In this document: piece by piece, positions 29,609 to 39,061 of the stretch
Layout: each line of letters starts with the position of its first letter
Position numbering within the stretch: the stretch's first letter is position 1
Assembly: GCA_965140585.1 (NCBI GenBank)
Contig: OZ223264.1
Span: 384,001 to 448,000 of the forward strand
Origin: Spirochaetia bacterium
GTDB taxonomy: Bacteria; Spirochaetota; Spirochaetia; UBA9216
Reading direction: 5' to 3'
DNA: 64,000 nt
Notes under the pieces: generated by a model
The model's database searches: none
What the model was told of the DNA's origin: nothing
Seen by the model: the letters and a program-made list of their open reading frames with translations, nothing else
Translations under genes and position numbers: made by a program

Positions 29609-30790
29609 ATGAGAGCTTTAGTACTTGTAATAGACAGTTTCGGTATCGGCGCACTGCCGGATGCAGAAAAATACGGGGATGCCGGTGCAAATACAGCTGC
29701 TCATATAGCAGAAGGAATGCCCGGCGGGGCGGAATGGCCCAACCTTAAAAAACTGGGACTCGGCAATGCATCAATGCTGCTTGGAAACAGTCTTCCCGGT
29801 TGTGAAGCCGTTGAGAATCCGCTTGCATCTTACTCAGTTATGGCCGAAACTTCTCCCGGTAAAGATACGACCACCGGACACTGGGAGCTGGCTGGAATCA
29901 TACTTGAGAAAGCCTTTCCTGTTTTTAATCCCGATTTTCCTTCATTTCCGCCGGAACTTGTTGAAGCTTTCGAGAAAGCTACAGGACGCAAGATCCTTGG
30001 TAACAAGGCTGCTTCAGGTACTGTAATAATAGATGAACTTGGCGAAGAACACATGAAAACCGGAAGCCCCATATGCTACACATCGGCAGATTCTGTTTTT
30101 CAGATAGCCGCCCACGAATCGGTGATACCTATCGAGGAACTGTACTCAATCTGTGAAACTGCGCGAAAGCTTTGTGATCCGTATATGGTCGGCCGGGTAA
30201 TAGCCAGACCATTCGAAGGCGAGCCCGGAGCTTTCAGCAGGACAAGCCGCCGGCATGATTACAGCATAGCGCTTCCCGGAAATTCAATCCTTGATCATCT
30301 GCAGAAGCAGGGGGTTAAAACAACCGCTGTAGGCAAGATAGGAGATATCTTCAATCTCCAGGGAATTGATGAAACACATCCTGATAAGGGCAATCCCGCC
30401 TGTCTTGAGAGGACCATCAGCCTGATGCAGAAAAAGCAGAGTGAAAAAGAATATATATTTGTGAATCTTGTTGATACCGATATGATCTACGGACACCGCA
30501 GGGATATAAAAGGCTATCATGATGCGGTTAAAGCCGTGGACCAGAGGCTTCCAGAGATTATCGATTTAATGGAAGAGGGTGATCTTCTTGCAGTTACCGC
30601 GGACCATGGCTGCGACCCGTCCTACAGGGGAACAGACCATACAAGGGAATATGTTCCTCTTCTTTACTATATTAAGGGTAAAAACGGGAGCTCTCTGGGT
30701 ATCCGAAATACTTTTGCTGATCTTGCCCAGAATTTAACCGATTTTTTTCATGTGGAAAAATTTAATAGCGGTAACTTCTTTGATAAATAA
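29609..30790 (+). CDS. deoB: Phosphopentomutase
   Basis: IDSFGIG, GKDTTTGHWE, YTSADSVFQIAAH, GHRRD, TADHGCDP, TDHTRE. Confidence 0.97.
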   Translation: MRALVLVIDSFGIGALPDAEKYGDAGANTAAHIAEGMPGGAEWPNLKKLGLGNASMLLGNSLPGCEAVENPLASYSVMAETSPGKDTTTGHWELAGIILEKAFPVFNPDFPSFPPELVEAFEKATGRKILGNKAASGTVIIDELGEEHMKTGSPICYTSADSVFQIAAHESVIPIEELYSICETARKLCDPYMVGRVIARPFEGEPGAFSRTSRRHDYSIALPGNSILDHLQKQGVKTTAVGKIGDIFNLQGIDETHPDKGNPACLERTISLMQKKQSEKEYIFVNLVDTDMIYGHRRDIKGYHDAVKAVDQRLPEIIDLMEEGDLLAVTADHGCDPSYRGTDHTREYVPLLYYIKGKNGSSLGIRNTFADLAQNLTDFFHVEKFNSGNFFDK

Positions 30791-30862
30791 ATGCTTTATA
30801 TGTTAGAATAAGCCGATTAATAGAAAGAATTTCAATTAAGTGACAATATTCGGAGGAAGTCA

Positions 30863-33346
30863 ATGTCTGTATTTAAGAAAACAGCACTGCTGGTTCTGCT
30901 GTTAATTATGGTAACCGGAGGCGCGCTGTTTGCTTTCGGAGCCAAGGAAGTTCCGGAGATTCCGCCGGTAACATCCGGTACCCAGTATCTCTCTCCTAAT
31001 GATGACGGTATAAAAGATGATGCAACTCTGAAATTCAGCGTAAAGCTGTATGTAAAAAGTGAGGAAGGCTATGTTCCTGAATACGGATTGAATATTATCG
31101 ATCCTGACGGAAATGTTGTAGCAGAGGAAACAAAGACAGAAAAAAGCGATGTTAACTGGTTTCTTCAGATCTTCCGCGGATATGATGAGTTTAACCTTGA
31201 GAAGGAAATTACCTGGGACGGAAAGGATCAGGACGGAAATGTTCTGCCTGACGGAATCTACAAGGTAAAGGTCTGGGTTAAGGATTCATCAAATCATACC
31301 ACAGAAATTGATGTTGATGACTTTGTCATCGATACAAAAGCACCGACTCTCGCACTGCGAAAGCCGGATAAACTGATGTTTTCGCCTAATAATGACGGAA
31401 TAGGCGATGTTTTTATAATTCTTCAGGCTGACGGTACAACAGAAACCGAATGGAAGGGGGTTTTCAAGGATTCATCCGGAAAGGTTGTGAAGACCTATAC
31501 CTGGACTGATGCCTCACCGGAAGATGTCCTATGGGACGGCTCGGATGATGCTGAAGGATTTGTGCCCAATGGAACCTACAGTTATCTGATCAATTCAACA
31601 GACCTTGCAGGAAATAAATCAAAGGATTACACAGTAGCAGGAATAAATCTTGATGCCGGGGCTCCTGTTTTCAAGCTTGATTTTGAATCAACCGCATTCT
31701 CTCCAAACGGAGACGGTGTTCTTGATAAACTTAATATTACTCCGGTTTATGAAGCTGATGATACAATAACCGACTGGAGCTGGTCGCTGGCCAACAAGGA
31801 CGGTGTGCTTATGCAGGATGCCGGAACTGCTGAAGCCGGTCTGCCGGATTTAATTACCCTTGACGGGCTTGATTCTGCAGGACTCCCGCTCTTCCCGGGA
31901 AATTATCTGTTTTCAATGTCTGTTGAATACAGAAATAACTGGCGTCCGGTTATTGAACAGGCAATTGTTGTTGATATTGCAGCTCCAAGAGTAGAAATAC
32001 AACCCGACCGCTATGCTTTTTCTCCTAACGGAGACGGTCTTGGGGATATCGTGACTGTTAAGTACAGATCAAATGAAGCAGTTACCTGGGAAGGAAGTAT
32101 CATAGATATGACCGGACAGGTTGTCCTTGAAACCGACTATACACAGACTACCTCACTGGTTAAATGGGACGGCTCCGGGGCTGATGGAACCGAGGTTCCT
32201 GACGGAGAATACCTTGTTCTCGGCGTCTTTACCGACCTTGCAGGCAATACAACCTACGCCGAACCCTTTACTTTAAAAATTGACCGCAGACCGGTTTATA
32301 CAGTTCTTGAAGTTCCAAGCGGCTTTTCTCCGAACGGAGACGGCCTTGAAGATAAACTGAAAGTCGGAATTAAATCAGACCTGATGGTTGATGTACGTGA
32401 ATGGAAGATGACAATAATCGATGATACCGGTGAATCTCTTGTTACCTACCGTGGTGAAGATACCCTGCCCAGAACTGTTGAATGGGATGGAATGGTAATG
32501 CAGGAAGGCAATACTGCCCCGGCTCTCGACGGTGTATATCAGGCGGTGATATACATCGATTATGAAAAGGGTGATTTTGTAAAAGTTGATTCCGACATGT
32601 TCGTTCTCGATATAAATCCTCCCAGGATTGATATGGTTGTAAAGGCTAATCCTTTTGCTAAAACAGATACCGGTGTTGAAGGTTCTGTTTTCATCTCTGT
32701 AAAGGTTGAAGACGACCGTGATGTCAAAGGCTGGGAGATGGATGTTTATGATGAAAACGGACGGCTTTTAAGGACCTATGCCGGTAAGGGCAACCCTACA
32801 GGCGATATAACCTGGAATGCCGCTGACGGAAGTGTTCCTATTTATGATTCAGGAAATTACACCCTGAAGCTGGTGGTTACCGATAACGGCGGAAATACAA
32901 CAATGCTGAAGGAATCACTGCCTCTTGATGTTCTTCTTGTAAAGAAAGACGGAAAATACTTTGTAATGGTTCCGAATATAATCTTCGGTGCCTATAAATA
33001 CTCGCTTGATTCAGCAGGTCCTGCGAGGTACAAGGACAATATGGATTCACTCAAGAGAATCATTGAGCTCTCTGAAAGGTATCCGCAGTACGGGCTCATC
33101 CTTGATGCTCATGCGCTTAATATCTATCTCGGAGGTTCAAGAGAAGCCAAGGAAGAAGATATTCTTTATCCTCTGACCGAGAAGAGAGCCGAAGAGGTTA
33201 AAAAGGCGCTTATTGAACTTGGTCTTGATCCTGAAAGAATCGCCACAGAAGCCTTCGGCGGAAAATATCCGATGGTTTCAGTTACAGACCGTAACGTCAG
33301 ATGGAAAAACAGAAGAGTGGAATTTGCGGTTTCCGGGCTTGAGTAG
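30863..33346 (+). CDS. Exported OmpA-domain protein with repeated FlgD-Ig/CHU_C-like domains
   Basis: Five SPN(G/D/N)DG motifs each followed by a WDG-type motif; C-terminal TEKRAEEVK...NRRVEF. Confidence 0.85.
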   Translation: MSVFKKTALLVLLLIMVTGGALFAFGAKEVPEIPPVTSGTQYLSPNDDGIKDDATLKFSVKLYVKSEEGYVPEYGLNIIDPDGNVVAEETKTEKSDVNWFLQIFRGYDEFNLEKEITWDGKDQDGNVLPDGIYKVKVWVKDSSNHTTEIDVDDFVIDTKAPTLALRKPDKLMFSPNNDGIGDVFIILQADGTTETEWKGVFKDSSGKVVKTYTWTDASPEDVLWDGSDDAEGFVPNGTYSYLINSTDLAGNKSKDYTVAGINLDAGAPVFKLDFESTAFSPNGDGVLDKLNITPVYEADDTITDWSWSLANKDGVLMQDAGTAEAGLPDLITLDGLDSAGLPLFPGNYLFSMSVEYRNNWRPVIEQAIVVDIAAPRVEIQPDRYAFSPNGDGLGDIVTVKYRSNEAVTWEGSIIDMTGQVVLETDYTQTTSLVKWDGSGADGTEVPDGEYLVLGVFTDLAGNTTYAEPFTLKIDRRPVYTVLEVPSGFSPNGDGLEDKLKVGIKSDLMVDVREWKMTIIDDTGESLVTYRGEDTLPRTVEWDGMVMQEGNTAPALDGVYQAVIYIDYEKGDFVKVDSDMFVLDINPPRIDMVVKANPFAKTDTGVEGSVFISVKVEDDRDVKGWEMDVYDENGRLLRTYAGKGNPTGDITWNAADGSVPIYDSGNYTLKLVVTDNGGNTTMLKESLPLDVLLVKKDGKYFVMVPNIIFGAYKYSLDSAGPARYKDNMDSLKRIIELSERYPQYGLILDAHALNIYLGGSREAKEEDILYPLTEKRAEEVKKALIELGLDPERIATEAFGGKYPMVSVTDRNVRWKNRRVEFAVSGLE

Positions 33347-33368
33347 GAACTTAATTTAATTGATACTT

Positions 33369-33404
33369 AAACCGGTTTCGGGCTTTCCCGGAACCGGTTT
33401 TTTT
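33369..33404 (+). terminator. Intrinsic terminator
   Basis: AAACCGGTTTCGGG-CTTT-CCCGGAACCGGTTT followed by a T-tract. Confidence 0.85.
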
Positions 33405-33416
33405 AACAGGTGAATA

Positions 33417-34304
33417 ATGGACAAAAAAATTGTGGGCGGAGCTCTTTCCGCCTTTTCAGCGTATCTTATGTGGGGCTTCCTGCCGCTTTACTGGAAGTTG
33501 TTCTATGATGTTCCGTCTTTTGTGATTATGAGTCACAGAATAGTCTGGGCTTTTGTTTTCTCATTTATGGCTCTTGCTGTTAGCGGGAGGCTTTCCGAGT
33601 TTAAGGCTGCCTTCAGTTCCGGCAGGAGGATTATGGTGATTGTTCTCAGAGGTATTCTGCTGGCGATCAACTGGACAATCTTTATCTGGGGAATAGGCCA
33701 CGGGCATGTACTTGAGTCCAGCCTCGGATATTATATTAATCCTCTTGTTAGTGTCTCTCTAGGGCTCATTTTTCTAAAAGAGCGGCTGAATACCCTCCAG
33801 AAAGTTGCCGTCGGTTTTGCAATCGCCGGAGTCGGTGTAAAAACTGTTCTTGTGGGGCAGTTTCCAGTAATTGCGGTATCACTCGCCCTGTCTTTCGGTC
33901 TCTACGGTCTGCTTAAAAAGCGTTCAAGCGAATCGGCTGTTACAGGTGTTGCTCTGGAATGCATGGTTATTTTCCCAATTGCACTTGCCTATATGATCTA
34001 CTCGGAAATTGCAGGGTTTGGAGGATTTATGCCTGCAGGTGTGGGGATGAAAATTCTCTATTCACTGGCTGGAGTAGTAACGGTTGTTCCGCTGGTTCTC
34101 TTTTCAGCGGGTTCAAAACGTATTCCGCTCTTCGGTATAGGATTTCTGCAGTTTATTGCACCTACACTTATGATGATTATCGGTCTGGTCTTATATGGAG
34201 AGGTGATGAAACCCTTTGATCTTGCCGGATTCGTCATTGTATGGATCGGTGTTGTAATTTTTATGTTTTCATTCAAAAGAGTTCCTGAAAAAAGAAATAA
34301 TTGA
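33417..34304 (+). CDS. rarD: EamA-family transporter RarD
   Basis: WGFLPLYWK, HRIVW, SLGYYINPL, FLKERL, GFLQFIAPT. Confidence 0.93.
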   Translation: MDKKIVGGALSAFSAYLMWGFLPLYWKLFYDVPSFVIMSHRIVWAFVFSFMALAVSGRLSEFKAAFSSGRRIMVIVLRGILLAINWTIFIWGIGHGHVLESSLGYYINPLVSVSLGLIFLKERLNTLQKVAVGFAIAGVGVKTVLVGQFPVIAVSLALSFGLYGLLKKRSSESAVTGVALECMVIFPIALAYMIYSEIAGFGGFMPAGVGMKILYSLAGVVTVVPLVLFSAGSKRIPLFGIGFLQFIAPTLMMIIGLVLYGEVMKPFDLAGFVIVWIGVVIFMFSFKRVPEKRNN

Positions 34305-34323
34305 TATTGTATTATAAAGGAAT

Positions 34324-35004
34324 TTGATGACTACTGAGAAAGAATGTACTGTAAAAGCCGTTGTCTTTGATATGGATGGAATCCTGTTTGATTCTGAGCG
34401 GATAATTGCCGAATGCCTTATTTCAATTGCCGCAGAAGAAGGATGGACTGTTACCTGGGATACTGTTCATGAGTGTGTAGGTACAACAAGGCAGGAAACC
34501 GGCCGGATAATAAGAGAAGAAGTCGGAATGGACTTTCCTTACCAGCAGATTGCTGATAAGACCGAGGCAAAATTCAGAAAGCTTATGGCAACAGGAGGGC
34601 TGCCCCTTAAAGCCGGTGTACTCAGGCTATTTGACTGCCTGGACAGCCGCGGCATACCCTTCGGCCTGGCGACCTCAACAGAACGCAGCCTGGTCGAGGA
34701 AATGCTCCGGATTGCTGATCTCTATGGTAGGTTTCAGAGTATCGTCTGCGGTGATGAAATACCTAATAGTAAGCCTGACCCGGCAATTTATGAAAAATCA
34801 GCTGAAGTGCTGAAAGTGAAGCCTTCAGAGCTTCTGATATTTGAAGATTCTTCAATGGGCATCAGCTCCGGGGCGGCAGCAGGTTCCAGAGTAGTCTGGG
34901 TTCCCGATCTGCAGGAGGTTCCTACTCAGATCAAAGAGCTGTGTTTCAGTGAGGTAGGATCACTGGATGCCGTATGTGATCGTATAGAGGAGCTTTTGTG
35001 TTAA
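34324..35004 (+). CDS. HAD-family phosphatase (beta-PGM-like)
   Basis: FDMDGILFDSE, ATST, SKPDPAIY, FEDS. Confidence 0.92.
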   Translation: MMTTEKECTVKAVVFDMDGILFDSERIIAECLISIAAEEGWTVTWDTVHECVGTTRQETGRIIREEVGMDFPYQQIADKTEAKFRKLMATGGLPLKAGVLRLFDCLDSRGIPFGLATSTERSLVEEMLRIADLYGRFQSIVCGDEIPNSKPDPAIYEKSAEVLKVKPSELLIFEDSSMGISSGAAAGSRVVWVPDLQEVPTQIKELCFSEVGSLDAVCDRIEELLC

Positions 35005-36398
35005 CTGACGATCATTACCGGTCCCCTTCAAAACCTAAAACCCCGCTTTTCCCGCGTGATGTAATATTCGGTGCAGCCACGTCAGCCTTTCAGATTGAGG
35101 GTGCTGTTGCTGAAGATGGACGCGGACCATCAGTATGGGATGTTTTTACCGATAAAAAGGGTCGTATCAAAGACGGCGACCGTGCAGACGACGCATCCTT
35201 TCACTACAGCCGCTATGTTGAAGATGTTTCAATTATGGGCCGGCTGGGGCTTGATGCATACCGGTTTTCGGTCTCATGGCCCCGTATTCTTCCTGAAGGA
35301 ACCGGTCCTGTAAATCAGAAAGGGCTTGATTTTTATGACAGGCTGACTGATGAGCTGTGCAAGGCCGGAATAAGACCATTTGCAACACTTTTTCACTGGG
35401 ATTATCCTGCCTTTTTATTCAAACAGACAGGCGGCTTTTTAAGCAGAAAATCAGCTCACTATTTTGCCGATTACGCTGAGATTGTAGTGAAAAAACTGGG
35501 CGACAGGGTGAAAGACTGGATTACCCTCAACGAACCCTGGATAAACACAATTTTCGGATATATGTTCGGATACCACGCTCCCGGTCTGCACAGGCCGCTT
35601 AAGTTTGGACGTGTTGTGCATAATCAGCTGCTTGCTCATGCCTATGCAATGGAGAGAATCAAGTCAGTGTCATCATCTGCCCGGGTCGGAATTACTCTGG
35701 ATCTTGCCCCGGTGCATCCTGCTAGCAGGCATTCCTGTGACAGGAACGCGGCTCATTTTGCTGATGAATTTTTCAACGGTCTCTTTCTGGATCCGCTGCT
35801 GAAAGGGCACTATCCGCAATCGGTACTGAAAAAAATCGGATTCACCTTCCCTGAAGTAAAAGCTTCTGATATGGATATGATTTCCCGCCCGATGAACTTC
35901 ATTGGAGTTAATAATTATTCCAGGTTCAAGGCACGCTTCGCACCTTGGGTACCGCTTCTGAATACCTGGATTGATCTGCGCCCTGTGCCATATCGTGAAT
36001 TTGCAAAGAACGACAAACAGTACACCTCAATGGGCTGGGAAGTATATCCGGAGTCTCTATACGAAAGTCTGATGATGCTAAAAGACCGCTATGGGAATAT
36101 TCCGGTATACATAACTGAAAACGGTGCCGCTTTTACTGATACCTTGGCAGATTACCGAGTCAGGGATCGGCAGCGTATTGATTTTCTAAGCGATTACACC
36201 GCTCAGGCGGCAAGGGCTGCTGAGGAGGGCTGTGATTTGCGCGGATACTTTGTATGGTCGCTGCTTGATAACTATGAGTGGGCCGAAGGGTTTCGCAAAA
36301 GGTTCGGGATTGTTCACGTTGACTATAAGACCGGCCGGCGGACCATCAAGGACAGCGGATACTGGTACCGCGACCTCATTACTGCCAACCGGCGCTGA
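34998..36398 (+). CDS. GH1 beta-glucosidase
   Basis: ATSAFQIEGA, YRFSVSWPRI, TLNEP (acid/base), ITENG (nucleophile), WSLLDNYEW. Confidence 0.96.
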   Translation: MLTDDHYRSPSKPKTPLFPRDVIFGAATSAFQIEGAVAEDGRGPSVWDVFTDKKGRIKDGDRADDASFHYSRYVEDVSIMGRLGLDAYRFSVSWPRILPEGTGPVNQKGLDFYDRLTDELCKAGIRPFATLFHWDYPAFLFKQTGGFLSRKSAHYFADYAEIVVKKLGDRVKDWITLNEPWINTIFGYMFGYHAPGLHRPLKFGRVVHNQLLAHAYAMERIKSVSSSARVGITLDLAPVHPASRHSCDRNAAHFADEFFNGLFLDPLLKGHYPQSVLKKIGFTFPEVKASDMDMISRPMNFIGVNNYSRFKARFAPWVPLLNTWIDLRPVPYREFAKNDKQYTSMGWEVYPESLYESLMMLKDRYGNIPVYITENGAAFTDTLADYRVRDRQRIDFLSDYTAQAARAAEEGCDLRGYFVWSLLDNYEWAEGFRKRFGIVHVDYKTGRRTIKDSGYWYRDLITANRR

Positions 36399-36405
36399 AG
36401 CCTTC

Positions 36406-37695
36406 CTATATTAACGAAAGAAATATCTCCGCCGGAATGTATTCAGGAAACAGGTTTCCCGGTGTTTTGAAATTATTCAGAACAAGAGCATATTCGTAGG
36501 GTGTGAATTTTTCCTTCTCTCGCTCTGTAATAAAAAGACTTATTGCATTACCTATCTTTGTAAAAAACGATTCCGATTCCCCGTCTGTCGGCTTGCTGAC
36601 GCTCTGTTTTATTTCGGCATATTTAGCTTTGATGGTCTCAATCAGTTCCTTGAACGTATAGAGTCTGTTTCTCTCAATATCAAGCGATGCCGCAGCCGCG
36701 TCGATCAGGCAGTATATAAGATCCTTGTGAAATTTCTGTTCCGGCGGAAGGGTATTGCGGATAAGTATTTCGATGTTTTTTTCGCTGATTTTTTTTGTTT
36801 CATAATCCAGCAGATGTGAGTATTTCTGAACATTCTCCATGTCGAACAGTTTTCTGGTAAGATTTTCTTCAAGGTGACGATCAGGCTTAAAGAAGTAATT
36901 TATACCTTTGACTTTATCAAATACCTTAAGGGTATCCAGGTAGCCGATGTTTATATTTCTTTCAGCGGAATTGGGATCGAAGTCCAGTATTCCTCCCAGG
37001 TCCATGGAGTTTTTAATGTAGATTGTATCAGTGCCTGCAATGTCAGGTCTCCTGTTTACTCCGAGACCGGAGATGTCCACGACAATGATTTTTTTGTATC
37101 CTCGGTGCTTCATCATACGGTGCGGTATGTTATCCCAGATACCGCCGTCGGCGTATTTTTTACCATTGATCTCGGCGTTTTTGAAAACCGCTGGAATTGA
37201 TGCGCTTGCAAGCAGGTAGTCGGGCAGGGTTCCCGGCTCCATTGCATCGAGAAATATCTCTTTTGAAGAAAGGCTGTTGACCTCAACCGTGACTATGCCT
37301 AGGTCTCTGCCTGATTTTCTGATGTCGTCTTCTCTGATGGTTTCTTTTAGCATCCTGTAAAGCGGGGCTGTATCAAGTCCGAGGTTGCGGATATCCAGAT
37401 TGAGGTCCGATATTCGATTGAATGCTTTGAATGAGAATTTGAGTTTGCCGTTTTTAAGCATTCCCTCAGGTACTCTGATTATCCGTTCAAGGGTCATCTC
37501 TGTCCAGAGTTTTATTCCCAGCTCATATTCGTCCTGGGCTATTATTGCTGCATTGAGTGCTCCGACTGATGTCCCTGCAACTGCGTTTACTTCTATCTTA
37601 AGTTCTTTCAGAGCCTTCCATGCTCCAATTTCATATGCCCCTCTCGCGCCGCCGCCGGCAAGGACTAAACTGTATTCTGTTTTTTTATCAAACAT
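36406..37695 (-). CDS. Patatin-like phospholipase
   Basis: GGGARG, GTSVG, ASASIP, DGG; promoter TTGACA-N17-TATATT upstream. Confidence 0.93.
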   Translation of the reverse strand: MFDKKTEYSLVLAGGGARGAYEIGAWKALKELKIEVNAVAGTSVGALNAAIIAQDEYELGIKLWTEMTLERIIRVPEGMLKNGKLKFSFKAFNRISDLNLDIRNLGLDTAPLYRMLKETIREDDIRKSGRDLGIVTVEVNSLSSKEIFLDAMEPGTLPDYLLASASIPAVFKNAEINGKKYADGGIWDNIPHRMMKHRGYKKIIVVDISGLGVNRRPDIAGTDTIYIKNSMDLGGILDFDPNSAERNINIGYLDTLKVFDKVKGINYFFKPDRHLEENLTRKLFDMENVQKYSHLLDYETKKISEKNIEILIRNTLPPEQKFHKDLIYCLIDAAAASLDIERNRLYTFKELIETIKAKYAEIKQSVSKPTDGESESFFTKIGNAISLFITEREKEKFTPYEYALVLNNFKTPGNLFPEYIPAEIFLSLI

Positions 37696-37775
37696 AGGCC
37701 ACCTTTTACAAAAATATAGGCTCCTGTGAAAGGATTGTCAATCAAAGAAATTTGTTCGGCCGCCGGGTTGAGTTT

Positions 37776-37845
37776 TGGCCACGGATGTGTATAGGGTTTG
37801 CGCACAGCAGCGAACTTGTATAGGGCTTGGGCAGGGCGGTGATTA
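37776..37845 (+). repeat. Dispersed repeat copy B (degenerate, with internal ~30-nt tandem duplication)
   Basis: TGGCCACGGATGTGTATA is identical (18 nt) to copy C; TGTATAGGG(T/C)TTG(C/G)GCA occurs twice. Confidence 0.75.
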
Positions 37846-37861
37846 GTGGGAGTAAGAAAGG

Positions 37862-37985
37862 CCTCCTTCAGTCCTTATATTTTACATCCCGTTTACAGGA
37901 ATTCAAGGGCAAGGTGAAAACGGCTTTGCCGTTCCCTTGAGTTCCTGTAAAGCGGGCCTGTGGTATAACTGAAAATTTCAGGAGG
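37862..37985. other. Long imperfect fold-back structure upstream of the GxxExxY gene
   Basis: 37888-37909 pairs with 37934-37956 (22 bp, one mismatch, one bulge); inner hairpin AACGGC-TTT-GCCGTT; outer CCTCC and TTCAGT pair with GGAGG (the SD) and ACTGAA. Confidence 0.8.
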
Positions 37986-37992
37986 TACGCAA

Positions 37993-38355
37993 ATGCTGTA
38001 CAAAGAATTAAGTTATCAAGTCATCGGCGGCTGCATGGCAGTTCACAAGGGTCTGGGGCCTGGGCTGCTTGAGCAGTGTTATCACAATGCATTGTTTTAT
38101 GAGCTCCGGGCTGCAGGCTTGGGTGTCGGGTATCATGTACCGTTTAATGTTCATTACCGTGGGCAGGTTGTGGGGGAGTATTTTGCAGACCTGGTTGTAA
38201 ATAATACTATTATTCTTGAATTAAAATCAGTAAAGGCAATTAATGACAGCCACAAGGCACAGTTAATTAACTATCTGCATATTAGCGACTGTCGTGTGGG
38301 TTACCTGCTTAACTTTCAGGGCTTGCAGCTTGAATGGCAGCGCCTGGTTATTTAG
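37993..38355 (+). CDS. GxxExxY protein (PD-(D/E)xK nuclease-like)
   Basis: LGPGLLEQCY, ADLVV...ELKSV, AQLINYL, GYLLNF; GGAGGT SD. Confidence 0.95.
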   Translation: MLYKELSYQVIGGCMAVHKGLGPGLLEQCYHNALFYELRAAGLGVGYHVPFNVHYRGQVVGEYFADLVVNNTIILELKSVKAINDSHKAQLINYLHISDCRVGYLLNFQGLQLEWQRLVI

Positions 38356-38663
38356 AATCCGGTGAATAGAAGGTCAATCGCGGAAGTTACCTCGGTTCTG
38401 AGATGTGAGAGATTGATAATACAGTCACCTAAATAATGGATGGGAATGGCGGCCATTTCTGAAATGAAGGCAATATACGGCTGATTATTTATTTCAATTT
38501 CTATATGAATTTTGCTGATGTATTGACTTTTAGTATTTACGGCTTTTCGTAGAGGAGCAACGATACGTGTTGCAAGTTCGGAGATTTCATCCGCTTGCAG
38601 GATTATTAGATATTCTACATCTTTGGTATTGTTCTTATTAATAACTATATCAAATTGCCCCAT
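38352..38663 (-). CDS. ccdB: CcdB-family toxin
   Basis: MGQFDI, YLIILQAD, TRIVAPL, C-terminal AIDLLFTGF; start overlaps the ccdA stop. Confidence 0.88.
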   Translation of the reverse strand: MGQFDIVINKNNTKDVEYLIILQADEISELATRIVAPLRKAVNTKSQYISKIHIEIEINNQPYIAFISEMAAIPIHYLGDCIINLSHLRTEVTSAIDLLFTGF

Positions 38664-38881
38664 TAAAATGGTCTCATCCCGTCGCTGAATACACCATTTT
38701 TGTTTATCTGTTCATTGTATGCTTCTATGCTTTGACGGTTTTCTTCTTCCCATTCCTTTTTTTTGATTTTTGAAAGCTCCTTTTTTAAAGCCTCTTCAAG
38801 TATTTGAGAAAGAACAAGATTGTGCGCCTTTGCCGCCTCAAATATCTCATTCTGTATTGTAACGTTTGTTCTAGTTTTCAT
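38663..38881 (-). CDS. ccdA: CcdA-family antitoxin
   Basis: RTNVTI (RHH), LSQILEEAL, WEEENRQSIEAYNEQINKNGVFSDGMRPF; promoter geometry favours ATG 38881. Confidence 0.9.
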   Translation of the reverse strand: MKTRTNVTIQNEIFEAAKAHNLVLSQILEEALKKELSKIKKKEWEEENRQSIEAYNEQINKNGVFSDGMRPF

Positions 38882-38916
38882 GTGTATATAATAACACATT
38901 ATATGTGTGCATGCAA
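38882..38916 (-). promoter_or_regulatory. ccdAB promoter with palindromic operator
   Basis: TTGCAT-N17-TATTAT-N6-ATG; spacer contains ACACAT-N3-ATGTGT. Confidence 0.75.
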
Positions 38917-39061
38917 TTCCGGGGAAAAGATATGCTGCATGATCCTGCAGCTGAATTCATTAAAGGACCTTATGAAGGAGCACATGTACTGATAATGATA
39001 ACATCATCGACCCGATCGTTCGGATGAAAATTGAGTTATATTTATGAAAAATTGAGAACTT

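Noticed and set aside
37776-37845. Tandem ~30-nt units as a mini-CRISPR array
   Set aside because: Only two degenerate units, no unique spacers and no cas genes
38996-39058. ATAAC...GTTAT segment as an integron attC site; ATGAAAA(A)TTGAG occurs twice
   Set aside because: Poor internal complementarity, not repeated between neighbouring genes, no integrase
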